Assembly (NCBI GenBank): GCA_011109175.1
Contig: RDEW01000021.1
Coordinates: forward strand, 383,080 to 447,079
Direction of reading: 5' to 3'
Origin: Dicyema japonicum
Lineage: Eukaryota; Animalia; Dicyemida
Length of the DNA: 64,000 nt
Made by a program: the position numbers and the translations under genes. Positions within the stretch are counted from its first letter, which is position 1. Each line of letters opens with the position of its first letter. Under the pieces are notes generated by a model. That model was not told the DNA's origin. It ran no database searches and was given only the letters and a program-made list of their open reading frames with translations. Positions 52,300-63,704 of the stretch are shown in pieces.

Positions 52300-53025
52300 G
52301 CAAGATCTACAGCATTACAGAGTGGCTGTTGTATTCCTTCAGGAAACTAAAGTATCCGGCGAACTTAATGAAGACTATGGGGATTACAGATTTCTGTTTC
52401 TGGGACCGGAAGTATGCACTGTGGAATGTCTTAGCACTACAACAGAAAGCATCAGAAAATCCAGGATTTGCATAATCCAGATATTGATTATCAATAAATT
52501 AGAAACTTGAAAATGCAAACGACTTAGATGTCCTTAGAAAAATCGGCTTCTCAAGAAGAACGTGGAGGAATCTGACACGAAGGATGGTTCACGATGTTGC
52601 AGAAGTGACAAGAAGATAACGCACACGTATGACATTCGAGCAGTAGAATAATGGGGTTGTGGTCACCAAAAAACCAAAACGGATATTACAAGTGGATAGT
52701 TCCATTAATGAGATAGAACGTAATATAAGGAGATACGAGTGCATCGGTAGTTCGTTGAAGAATCCTTTATGAGAACCTAGATTGTTGAGGATGATCAGGT
52801 TACTGAGAAACTTGAGGATAAATTCCCCTGCATGATAAGTGCTGAACCATTGTGGTGTTTACCGCTCAGATCTCCGCAGATGATCGAGTTTTTTTTGTAT
52901 CGTAATTCGGATTTATAGAAAATGACACGGTTAATATTTATAAAAGATTGATCACCAGTGTAAAGAGCACTCCAAAAGCCTTTTTTATAATCGCTTTTAG
53001 AACGATATAGTTTCCGATTTTCCAT
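52300..53025. mobile_element. LINE endonuclease and RTE fragments
   Basis: Plus AVVFLQETK (APE motif) and an RTE-like end (RRTWRNL); minus IICGDLSGKHH at 52840-52880. Confidence 0.55.
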
Positions 53026-53449
53026 AGCCCCAATAGGCTATCAGGTTGATTTTTTCTCACATTTCTTTAGCACAATAGAATAGAAACACATATGTGTGTA
53101 GAACATCAATCCCAAGATGTTTAGTCAATCTTAAATCGTAATGTTTCCGCTTCAATTGACATTTTCTTGTCCGTGGTAAATAGGGATGTATCGGATTACT
53201 TATAGATTAAGTCAATTGTCATTTATCAATTGTTTCTTAGTTCATAGCTTGGAAGATCAGAGAACGAAGGTTATGCCCACTATAAGGCAATAATGTAAGA
53301 GAACTGCTATGGTAATTTGATCAACATACAAGGTGGTTTATATGTGGTATAGATATATAATTTATTTAAAAATTCTAATAATGTAACCACGTGGTTTTTA
53401 ATGTGGCCACGTGACACCATGTGGTGCTATGTGGCTAGTTTGTCAAAAA

Positions 53450-53630
53450 ATATTTTCCTTCCATCTGATGGCGTCACTGGATCCACCTTACTGAGGCCCA
53501 ATGCCGGCCGGCATCAAGAGGATTCAACTATTCTTCCCCGGGGGACTGGAGACAAGTTCTGAAATGATGGAACGAGTCAGGATTACGGAGTTAGTTAGTT
53601 TGGTTACCCTTGGTTTTTGGAATAAATTTA
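53450..53630 (+). mobile_element. LINE 3' stub
   Basis: Homologous to 47640-47760 (minus) and 16045-16135; ends GGATTACGGAGTTAGTTAGTTTGG. Confidence 0.6.
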
Positions 53631-54079
53631 ATTTAATTGACAGGAAGTTCAGGTGAAGTCCTTATTGCAAGAAATGTCTACCTAGAATTATGAGGGATGA
53701 GAGCATTCCTTTTTCTCGTAAAGATAACGAGGTAACTGACTTGAAAGACATTGGAAGCCTGATGTTTAGCACAGAGGAAGTGTCTGATAATGTAGGATCT
53801 TGTCTAGCCAAAATTGAAAGAACAAGGCAGATCGTCTGTCAGAATCTTTACGTATCAGATGATAGCCACCTTGTGAGCACCAAGAACTGAGGTTTGTGAT
53901 CTTATTAATTCAAAATTTTAAGTCGTTACGACATTCTTCCAAGTTCTCTTACATAGTAGACCATGCTAATGAGTATAAGTAACAACTAAGTATTTGGGGT
54001 CAAAAATTTTTTAGTAACGAAAGCATTTGTATCCGTAAACATTTCACTCTATGAATTGAGGAATCGAGCAATTATCAAC

Positions 54080-54790
54080 TTTTTTTTATTAAAAATAATT
54101 TGGACAAGACATTAGTTAGCTGCCACCCTCACTGCGTGGCTGTTCCTTCTCAGAATTGCGAGCGAAATTCGCTCTAACAGCCAGCGGCGTTCGCGGAGAT
54201 CTCCAGTGCATGAGGTTATCCGGTTTCAAAAATTCTAGAGTAGAGGTGAACTCTAGTGTAGAGGAAGAGTAGGATCCGGAAGTCTCCATAGCAAGGGGAG
54301 CAAATTGGACATTATCGGAAAGGTCGCCGTATTTTTCGAATTTGGCCTTCTCCGCCTTGACGGCTGCAGAGCAGGCCCTTGAAGCGCACTCGTGAAGATT
54401 GTTCGGGACAAACGTGTCTGTACTTGTCACGTCCCAAACAAGTGGTTCCCCGGCCTCAAAAAGAATTTGGTCATCCCGTCCGGTCGTTTCCCGTCACTTC
54501 TGCATAGCCCGACAGGTTCAAGAATGGCCGAGTATCCAGCAGCATCCATATCCAGCTTGACAATCTCATTCAGAACCTTGTGTTTTGGAGATCTGCCAGC
54601 GCTCCTCTTGCAGGCGAGAGGGTGCAGGCCATAGCAGTCTATCAGGACGCCACAGCGGCACGGGTGCACAGAGTTCCATTTGGGATGGCTTTAGCCAAGC
54701 TCCGCTCTCAGGGGAAGCCCCCGAAAGCAAACAACTTATTCGAAAATATTGGGCATCCACTTCCTTCGGAGTTACTTGCCGCAATATAGT
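54080..54790 (-). mobile_element. CRE-like RLE retroelement 3' region (distinct subfamily)
   Basis: [42 protein letters not shown]...FAPLAMETSG; A-rich tail at ~54080-54090. Confidence 0.9.
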
Positions 54791-54989
54791 AGAAATTTTA
54801 GATCAACAAAAGATATCCAAAATAATTAATTTAATTTCAAATAATAAAGTTAGTTTGAATAATTTAATTGTTAAGGTTTTTTGATTGTGGACGAAACAAA
54901 TGTTGGGATAAGCAATTTTGTTAATTGTCCATTTGGAACGTAGGCAAATTCGCAAAGCGCTTACAGAATAGATTGTATAAATCATAAAA

Positions 54990-55150
54990 ATAATGAATTT
55001 CGTTGATCATTCCATTTCACCTTTAAATCATTCTTTGTTGGTTGCATGTCAGGCTACATCGTGCGCAGTGGAACGATCACTTTCGATTCTTAACAAAATC
55101 TTATCCAAGGATAGGAATTTTAAAGTGGATAATGTAAAATATTACTTAAT
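54990..55150 (+). mobile_element. hAT dimerisation-domain fragment
   Basis: QATSCAVERSLSILNKILSKDR matches PxTSxxVERxFSxL. Confidence 0.6.
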
Positions 55151-55163
55151 TGTGAATAACTCT

Positions 55164-55979
55164 TGTCCATTCAAAATGGCCTCCATTCAAAATGGCCTCC
55201 AATTAATTTTTTCAGGTTTTGGATAAGTTCATCAATAAACATCACGAGATTTTAGCGAAACGACATCTTTAGGTAAAAAAGTCATCTTTTTTAAATCTTA
55301 TAAAAATTGATTTTAACGGGTCCTATGGGTAAGTGGAACATTTTACCAAGGTCCATATCTCAATTGGAGGCTGGCACAACGGTTTTAGTACATTTGGACA
55401 CTAAACAAGATTCCAAGAAATTTTGTTGAGAAATTGATAAAAGAAGAAAGCATAATGATAAAATTCTTAAGATTACGAAATGGAGAAAAAATTCTTAGAA
55501 AAACTAAATATATCGCTTTATCTGAGAATACATTGAGATTTGTTTAAGAACAAATGTTACTTAACTTGGATCCGATAGAATAGATATTCAATTTAGTTGA
55601 ATATTTATTCTATTACATTTATAATTATTTTCTATTTTTCCTTTTGAAAATAAATCTTTCATTTTAAATTTAAATAAAAATATTTAATAAAATAAATGTT
55701 TACCTAAAGATGTCGAGGACCTTGGTAAATTGTTCCACTTACCCATAGGACCTGTTAAAATCAATTTTTATAAGATTTAAAAAAGATGACAATTTTACCT
55801 AAAGATGTCGAGGACCTTGGTAAAATCAATTTTTATACGATATAAAAAGATGACTCTTTTACCTAAAGATGTCGAGGACCTTGGTAAAATATCTCGTGAT
55901 GTCTATTGATGAACGTATCCAAAACCTGAGAAATTTTATTGGAGGCCATTTTGAATGGAGGCCGTTTTGAATGGGAACC
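55164..55979. mobile_element. Mutator-like (MULE) foldback element with ~190-bp TIRs and 9-10 bp TSD
   Basis: 55168-55356 is inverted at ~55715-55974; TSD GAATAACTCT at 55154-55163 and 55980-55989; internal GGWHNGF and FVEKLIKEE resemble the animal MULE transposase C-terminus. Confidence 0.78.
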
Positions 55980-56619
55980 GAATAACTCTATAAACGATGA
56001 ATAAAATTTCTTTAAATTTTCAAAAGCGAGTTTATATATGAAAAAAAGTAGTAACTAATATATTTTTTAGGTCAATTTTTAAAATTTTAAGATCAATTAA
56101 ATTGACTTTTTAAAGGCAATTTTTATTTTTTTAAGTCAATAAAAATGTTGCATTACTTATCACAAAGAAGGAAAAAAATGAAAAAGAACGGAGCTGACTT
56201 ATTGATCGCATTTCCTTACAAATCGTCATGGGGAAATGCGTTTTAAATTCAGTAAGTAGGAACTTGGAAAAAATATTTTTTTAAGTCAATAAAAATGTTG
56301 CCCTACTTATCACAAAGAGGGAAAAAATGAAAAAGAACGAAGCTGACTTATTGATCGCATTTCCTTACAAATCGTCAAAAGTAAGTAGGAACGTGAAATT
56401 AAGTAAGTAGGAACTTGGAAAAAAAATAATTTTCATTCCATCTAAAACAAATTTTTAAGAATTGGGTACCCCCAATATTATTGTCAAAGCATCCAGTCAT
56501 ATATTACCGAGCATCCACACAAGAATGATATGGACAAATAATCTTATCAACATTATTAATCCACTAGTTCGCTTAGTTCAGTAATTTTTTGCACTGTGCA
56601 GACAAAACAGACAAAAAAT

Positions 56620-56692
56620 CGCCCCCGGCCGGATTCGAACCAGCAACCTTGCGGTTAACAGCCGCACGCGCTAACCGTTGCGCCACGGAGGC
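56620..56692 (-). tRNA. trnN-GUU: tRNA-Asn (GTT)
   Basis: GCCTCCGTGGCGCAACGGTTAGCGCGTGCGGCTGTTAACCGCAAGGTTGCTGGTTCGAATCCGGCCGGGGGCG: full cloverleaf, anticodon GTT, followed by a T6 Pol III terminator. Confidence 0.96.
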
Positions 56693-57129
56693 TGTATGCT
56701 TATAAAATATTATTAGATAAATATTCTAATTATTATTTAAGTAATCAAAACAGATCAAGTCAAATTAGAATTTAAATTTAATGAAAACCTTTAATAAACC
56801 CGTTGATGACTGTTTGTTGTGCATTTTGTCGAATCTATCTATATTCATTTATGATGACTGTTAGACAATTTATCGCAGTTCAAAACATATATAATATTGT
56901 CGTAATTGTTCTCGANAATATTCTAATTATTATTTAAGTAATCAAAACAGGTCAAGTCAAATTAGAATTTAAATTATAACGCAAACCTTTAATAAACCCG
57001 TTGATGAATGTTTGTTGTGTATTTTGTCGAATCTATCTATATTCATTTATGATAACTGTTAGACAATATATCGCAGTTCAAAACATATATAATATCCTCC
57101 TAATTGTTCTCGATTAATCATTCGCAAAT

Positions 57130-57530
57130 CGAACTGTGGTTGAAGTTATTAGTCCTGAGATCTCAATATACTTTCGTTTAGAAAATAGACTTACCTATGA
57201 GCTCGATTAAAAATCACAATGTTTCCCCCGTGTTTAGACATGCAAAAGCCCTGGCTTCAGTGAAAGTTTCGAGCAACATTTTTTGTGTCAGATTTTCTTA
57301 GTCTTTTTCCGAGCATCGACAGGTACATCGTAAAGTTGAAATTTTCTTGCGCCCCGTCCAACATTTCGTCGAGATCAACCTCGTTTGGACTTATTTTGCT
57401 AATAATAAAGATAGGTTTCCCACTTAAATTGTTGGTCAAAACCACCAGCACTATATACACCCTTGCTTTGTGCATTATTCCAAGTCGCTTGCTAAGAGAT
57501 CATACTTGTGTGCCTTCTCGACTTCGGCAT
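57130..57530 (-). pseudogene. Myosin regulatory light chain-like pseudogene
   Basis: DLDEMLDGAQENFNFTMYLSMLGKRL and, in a shifted frame, RAFACL and LIELIG parallel MRLC ([22 protein letters not shown]...NAFACF...LRELL); in-frame stops and frameshifts; a 24-nt intron-like segment retained. Confidence 0.6.
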
Positions 57531-57554
57531 GTTTTATCGATTGTTGGAATTGAT

Positions 57555-58259
57555 TTATTTATTAACCCCGGTATCACCAAGAAAGAAAGACAAAGTAAAG
57601 TCGACTAGTTAGGTGATCCCAGTTCCCACACCAAACGTGCCATCCTAAGCCTGTGCGTCTCCATTGTTCCCACTGTCGAACGGAAATGCCTTCTTTGATC
57701 TTTGCAGAGGAAGCTGATTGGGGAAGGAAATTTCTAAGCCAACTGATTTTCTTTTGCGTGGCACAGTGAGAGGCTTAGTGGGTGTCCATCTTCCTCGCAA
57801 ATGCGGAGACATCCGGAACCACATTTACTAGTTATAGATTCCGTCAGCAGGGGAGGTATTTTTGTTCCACATTGTGGTCCCTACATACGTGTTGTTTTCC
57901 TTTGCAGTAAGTTTGGTTTTTGGATAGTGGCCTCTGATAACGCGAATCTCCACGCAGCGGAGGCATATTCCTCACACGGCGCGATTGTCTGGTGGTATAT
58001 GGTTCCGATTGCTTTATCCATACAAGTCATTGGCTGTTTCGTTTTTTTCCGGAATGGGTGACACCTTATCGGGTGAGCCATAAAACACCACGAATAGGTG
58101 GAGAATTCATTTGAACTACAATAGCCAAAAGCAGGTTAAACATAAAAGGGGGTCTTTCAGGGTTCTTTGAGAGTATTGCAAGACTGCAATATTTTTTGGG
58201 TCGATCAACAAATATATGTCCCCTTTGTAAGTCAAGAAACATGTCGGTTGATCAGTTAG
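57555..58259 (-). mobile_element. APE-LINE 3' region (family B)
   Basis: KAIGTIYHQTIAPCEEYASAAW; 3' end matches 5775-5840. Confidence 0.75.
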
Positions 58260-59090
58260 CTACTCGGAGTAGGTCCATGCTCTACCACGACTATGTGTGG
58301 AGAAAAAAAAGGTAATTAAAAGTCCTAAACCCCCAAACGATAAACGGATTCTCCTTTCCAATTGACAAACGCCTAGTTTACTTGTATCTGAAGAGAATGT
58401 AACGAGGGGTATACTTTCCTTCGTTTCAAGCAGAAGTGGAAGACTCGATGGACTTTGTCTTAGACATCTCAAGGCAGTCTTCACATCTTTGTCATACACC
58501 TGCAACTAGCCCATGTTGGGGTCAGCTCTCCAGGAGGTTGTGAAGCGGCAATTCCGTATTTTTACATCAAGATTGACATCAAAAATGCCTTTAAAAACAT
58601 ACACGGTAGTTTAATTATGGAGGATCCCTTTAGCCAAGCGTTGGTCAAGATGATTCTTAACCTCCCTACCAAATCATCGACCAATAAAACAGAATACGCT
58701 TCCCCGGTTGAAAACATTGGCATGCATCTGAACGATGAGACAGTCCGAAATAGGATCTCTATCCGTATACATGCCAGGTTTACTGTTGTCGATGCGGGGG
58801 AATTGTTGATACTCATATACATCTTGCCCTCTCCTGCTGAGAAGTTCAGTTAAAGAAAGGAAACCGTTAGTTTTAGATTCAGCACGTGTCGGCTCTCTGT
58901 CCACCACCAACATCCCCGGGAGAGCGGTAAAGGAACTTTCCCTGTGAAGAAAGCTAGAGAAAATAAGTATAAAGGACTTCTCGGCGGCTTTACATTCCGC
59001 GCGATTGTGGTAGAGACAACAGGAGCGATAAGCAGGTAGTCCCTATTGCCTCGCTCAGAAGCCATGATGACAGCAAAACGGGATGGTTTA
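58260..59090 (+). mobile_element. Rearranged CRE-like retroelement
   Basis: Plus HVGVSSPGGCEAAI, KIDIKNAF, KPLVLDSA and KYKGL...FRAIVVETTG; minus 58260-58505 YDKDVKTAL...RLSFGGLG (thumb region, inverted). Confidence 0.72.
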
Positions 59091-59381
59091 TCTATTTGGT
59101 CTTTTAAGGAAAGGAAAGTTTGAGAGTAGAGATTGTAGGAAGTAAATTAGGAAATAGTGATTTTCGGACATTTTCCATATTAAGAGACTTTCGCCTTTCA
59201 TTATTTCCTCCATTTGCATCCACCATCCACGGTTTGCCTCCCACTCCAGTTTCTAAAGATTTATAGTGGAAATTACTAGCTATTAAACTCCAAGATTAGA
59301 AATTTTAAATTACAAAAGCGTCAATTCGCAAATCGCTTAGAAATTTAAATATTATCCACGTGTCGAATTGGTGATCAGAAG

Positions 59382-61427
59382 ATGTTGACCATACGGCAGA
59401 AAAAGATCATTAGGGGTACTTGTGTCAGATAAATTAGTTTACCTTTTGACTGTCTTTGTTACTGTGGTTGTTTACTTCCAATCAATCTACGGCCTAGACT
59501 ACCCTCCCCACGTGGCAAGGTCGATCTCAATAGTCATAGGAACGTTTGCTGGACTTTCTTATTTTTCTAAATTCTTGGCCTCAATCATATTCATTGCTCT
59601 CCCAGATTTCATAATAGGTTCCCTTATACTCCTATTTTAGCCAATTTGGAGACACTTTTGTTATCTCTATTAATTTTGACGCTGAAGAACGGCCCAATTC
59701 AAAATTCCATAGAAAACAGTGAACAGTTTACGTATTTGTACACGTGCGTACATAATTTTGCTATGAATTTTGCCCAAGGCATTATCGAGAAGGGAACTTC
59801 CCTTGTGGAAAGTATTTCGGTAATAAAATTCCTTAGACATCGAAAGTTCCGTCTCCGGACTGACAGGCCACGTGCAGTATACCATAGATCGTTCCAAAGA
59901 GCTTGCGATTGACAAATACAATGACCTGATGACTATTTTATGTAACAATGCTCTATAATCCGTAGCTGGAGACCACGTGACCAAATGCAACATCTATAGA
60001 GATAAGTTGTTCAATAAATGGAGTGGGATCTGTGAGAGGATTCAAGAAATTGAAAATAGATGCAGGTAGGGGATCAATTTACATTCAGGGGCCTGCAAAT
60101 TATATCGACAGCGTTCATCTCAATAAGTTACGTTGCCTTCGAGCCAATCTGCGAGAAGATTCAGAGCTTAACGACGTACTGCAACGCTGGGAAGGATAAG
60201 TTCAACAGGACCTTCCACGACTGCGAGAAAATAGTGAATTTTACCAAACACAAGGAAGGTGGGTGTTAGTGGTTATTTGAGAACTGAAAATGATGCAACA
60301 ACGTGCTCTCAAAAAGTACAACATGGACATTAATTTTACAAACATTTTGAGTCGAAAAACTGAAGTCAAAAGTAATTTGAAAATTATTTTGGACAAAATT
60401 TCAATATTTATGGGCCACGTTAAAAAAATCATTAGAAATTTGAATTTTTACCTTAAATCAGCTATGATAATCCTTCTGATCCTGCCGATTATAGAGTATG
60501 ACTCAAAATACACGTTTAGTGCCTATCGTTACAGAAAAACCTTCCTTTCTGATATTTCAGCCGATAATTACCTGATAACACCCACGTTGAAGGAAATCGA
60601 CAAGACCAGAGTTGCCAACGGGAAAGACTCGGTCTTTCCGATTCCACCAACGATAAGTTCAGATGTTGTAAATACAGGTTTGGTATTCTAATCATTTAGG
60701 CTCATTACAGCTAGTTTTTAGCGAATATTTGAAATTGCTTTTATTCGCTCCAAAATTGCTGTCTTTGGGAAGCATGGCTGCCGTGGCCGTATTCAGCGAT
60801 TGGTTCATTTCGGGGGGAGCATGGCAGTTGTTGAAAATAACTAAGAAAGGAATCGACCACCTTAAGCCCTGTTTTGCTTATTTATCATCTTTAGCATTCC
60901 CCACGCTGAAGATATCCGTTAACGGAACCCGGGGACCTTCCGAAATTTACAGCAAAATAATATCTTCGTTCAATAATCTTCAAAATAAACTCGAAATAAG
61001 CGACTTTAAGGATTCTTTCAAATTTTGCCTTCCTGAAATAACTCCCCCAAACTGGACCGTCTCCGTAAAAATCCGTAACTATCCTAATTCTACTTTAGTT
61101 GTCATATATTTGCTGATCATATGTATCCACGTTGTCAGAATTTATCTGCTTCGTTTACGGTCAATAATTGCTACGAGAATATATCCCCACATGGCTGAAC
61201 TGAGAGCATTCCACCTGTATGGGTGTCTCCATTCTGCAAAACCTGACTTGGAATGCCGAGCTGATTCGTATAATTGTGTCTAATTCGTTTGTAGTAATAA
61301 CATTAAACTCGAATCCTGTGATTGCTGGGATGATTGTGACTTGGACTATTCATACCAGTCTGAACTTTGGATTCCAAAAAATGTACTTTTAAAACAAGAC
61401 AAGATCATCCTTCTTCTAAACAAGTAA
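59382..61427 (+). CDS. DC-STAMP domain protein (DCST1/DCST2; Sneaky/SPE-42 family), multi-exon
   Basis: N-terminal TM helices, LTLKNGPIQNSIEN...YTC, FLSDISADNYLITPTLKEID, CLPEITPP, YLLRLRSIIATRIYP...RAFHLY and a Cys-containing tail, collinear with DCST hallmarks (GPxxN, FDNxYIT, RLRRxIAAxFxP); introns 59416-59437 and 59618-59640. Confidence 0.8.
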
Positions 61428-61799
61428 TGTTCTTAGTATGTGAGTTGCAACTTATATTTGTTTGCTTTTTAATAAAATTTATTTATTGTGTGAAATTAAT
61501 AAAATCATAATTTATAAACCTTAGCTATTTATTTTAAGAATTGTCGTATGTGATGTCTTGGCTGTCGATACTGTCCGGGATGATAAGACAAATTCATCAC
61601 TTGAAAACATTAACAACCACTAAGTATTGCTTCGAAAGATCTGTCCCTTGTTCCCTCAAAAAACAAAAAAATTTATTTTGAGTCAATAAAGCGATTAAGC
61701 ATGAAAAGGGTCGAAAATAGAAGAGGTCGAAGGATCTGTCCCTTGTTCCCTCAAAAAACAAAAAAATTATTTTGAGTCAATAAAGCGATTAAGCGTGAA

Positions 61800-61950
61800 A
61801 AGGGTAGAAAAAAAGTTTTGTAACACTGAAGTTTCAGCATTATTATGTGATCGGGGGATAACGGCGATTCATGGTAAACCAAGACACCCTCAATCACAAG
61901 GGCAGGTGGAACGCTAAAATCAAACGCTAAGCGTTGGTTAGCGAAAACTC
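61800..61950 (+). mobile_element. Integrase (rve) fragment, Ginger/Gypsy/KRBA2-like
   Basis: GITAIHGKPRHPQSQGQVER*NQTL matches the HGxPxHPQSQGxVERxN integrase motif. Confidence 0.75.
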
Positions 61951-62219
61951 TATTTCAATCCAAACTAAGTTGGTTTTGTTGTTCGTCGTTGTTGTCGTCG
62001 TTAATATATACAGTTCTCTCTCCGATTATTTATTCATGTCTGTTTTTTATGATGTACTACACGAAGACACCTCATGCAAAGGGTGCATAGTATCCAATTC
62101 TCGCAAGTGCGGGATTCGATGTTCTGTATGTATTGGTTACTAACACATAGGTTGTGAAAAACTATCCAAGAAAATTTCTCGATCACTTCCCAGAGTGGAA
62201 ACAAAAAATTTCGGCCAAT

Positions 62220-62700
62220 TAATATTTTGGAGGATTCCTGGATTGTGAACAGTTTCAGATGAAAGGAACGAGAAATGCCCAGGATTCACTAGCGTAGGTC
62301 AATTCCGATTGCCGAAAGACAGTGGAAACCCCATATTTATTAATAACCCAAGACCACGATAAAACCAAACTAATTATCCAGTGATCCCGATGCATTCCAA
62401 CAGTGACCTCCCTCGGTGTTGCTTCCTTGTGCCCGCACATAATCGTACAGGAAGAATTTTTGTTTTTTTNTTAATATTTTGGCGGATTCCTGGATTGTGA
62501 ACAGTTTCAGATGAAAGGAACGAGAAATGCCCACGATTCACTAGCGTAGGTCAATTCCGATTGCCAAAAGACAGTGGAAACCCCATATTTATTAATAACC
62601 CAAGACCACGATAAAACCAAACTAATTATCCAGTGATCCCGATGCATTCCAACAGTGACTTCCCTCGGTGTTGCTTCCTCGTGCCCGCACATAATCGTAG
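62220..62700 (-). mobile_element. LINE 3' stub plus RTE-like fragment, duplicated across the N at 62470
   Basis: GGGATCACTGGATAATTAGTTTGG...CGTGGTCTTGGGTTATTAATAAAT followed by LTYASESW. Confidence 0.65.
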
Positions 62701-62752
62701 AGGAAGAATTTTTGTTTTTTTTGTTAAAATTTAATGTGATAAACTAAATAAG

Positions 62753-63028
62753 CTAAAAAATAAAATTATTTAAAAGACATGCGGGTAAAACCAAACAACT
62801 AACTCCTTGATACTGACGATTTGCGCCAGAACCCTCACCCAAGGACAGTAATCCACAAAACTTCGTCCGTTTAGCTGAGAACTCAATTGTCTCCCAATGG
62901 AAACAATAGTAGGATCCTTTTGAATGCCGGCCAGTTAAAATCGCATCCTCAACAAGGAAATTAACAAATACTTCAAAGAGAAAGACGTTGGATGGCCTAC
63001 TAACTGGGCTATTACTCGACTTCGGCAT
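62753..63028 (-). pseudogene. MRLC-like 5' fragment fused to a LINE 3' end
   Basis: Shares ~40 nt around ATGCCGAAGTCGAG with 57515-57550; SRPSNVF resembles MRLC RATSNVF; ends in a GGAGTTAGTTGTTTGG LINE-type UTR. Confidence 0.35.
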
Positions 63029-63376
63029 GCTTTAGCAATTGTTGGGATGTGATTCCCACTTCTATTAGAGTTAGTGTTGTCCTATTTATGACAAAAAATA
63101 GGACATAATTATTGTAATTTTTTTTTTAATTTTATTAGTATTTATTTATTTTTTTTAAATTACACGTTGTAAATTGTTTCCCTGTACTAGCTTGTGTGGA
63201 CACGAGGGAGGAGCACCGGGAAAGAATGAGGATTTTGGCGGAGCGCATCGGGATCACGTGATAGTTAGTTTTGGCTTTACCGTGGTCTTGGGTGTTAAAT
63301 AAATAAATAAATTGTTATCTNTTTAATTTTATTAGTATTTATTTATTTTTTTTTAAATTACACGTTGTAAATTGTT

Positions 63377-63501
63377 TCCCTGTACTAGCTTGTGTGGACA
63401 CGAAGGAGGAGCACCGGAAAAGAATGAGGATTTTGGCGGAGCGAATCGGGATCACGTGATAGTTAGTTTTGGCTTTACCGTGGTCTTGGGTGTTAAATAA
63501 A
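63377..63501 (+). mobile_element. 125-bp LINE 3' insertion with 9-bp TSD (duplicate at ~63179-63310)
   Basis: TSD TAAATTGTT at 63368-63376 and 63502-63510; sequence matches the 46090-46210 end; (TAAA)n tail. Confidence 0.8.
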
Positions 63502-63704
63502 TAAATTGTTATCTGTTGTGTATTAGCAGTCTTCATTTAATGACAGGTTTGTATTATTTTTTCAATTATTAAACTATTAGAACTCAGTGGCAAAAATAAG
63601 GAACGAATTTTAAAGAATTTCCTAAAACTCATACATATTTACTAGAACACCTAAAGGAGATTTATTTTGCCAAAAATGCTCTAAGATAGTAAAATCATCT
63701 AAAC

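Noticed and set aside
55699-55890. Three 30-bp direct repeats resembling a CRISPR array
   Set aside because: The intervening sequences are themselves repeated, the repeats are part of a MULE TIR, the DNA is eukaryotic, and there are no cas genes.
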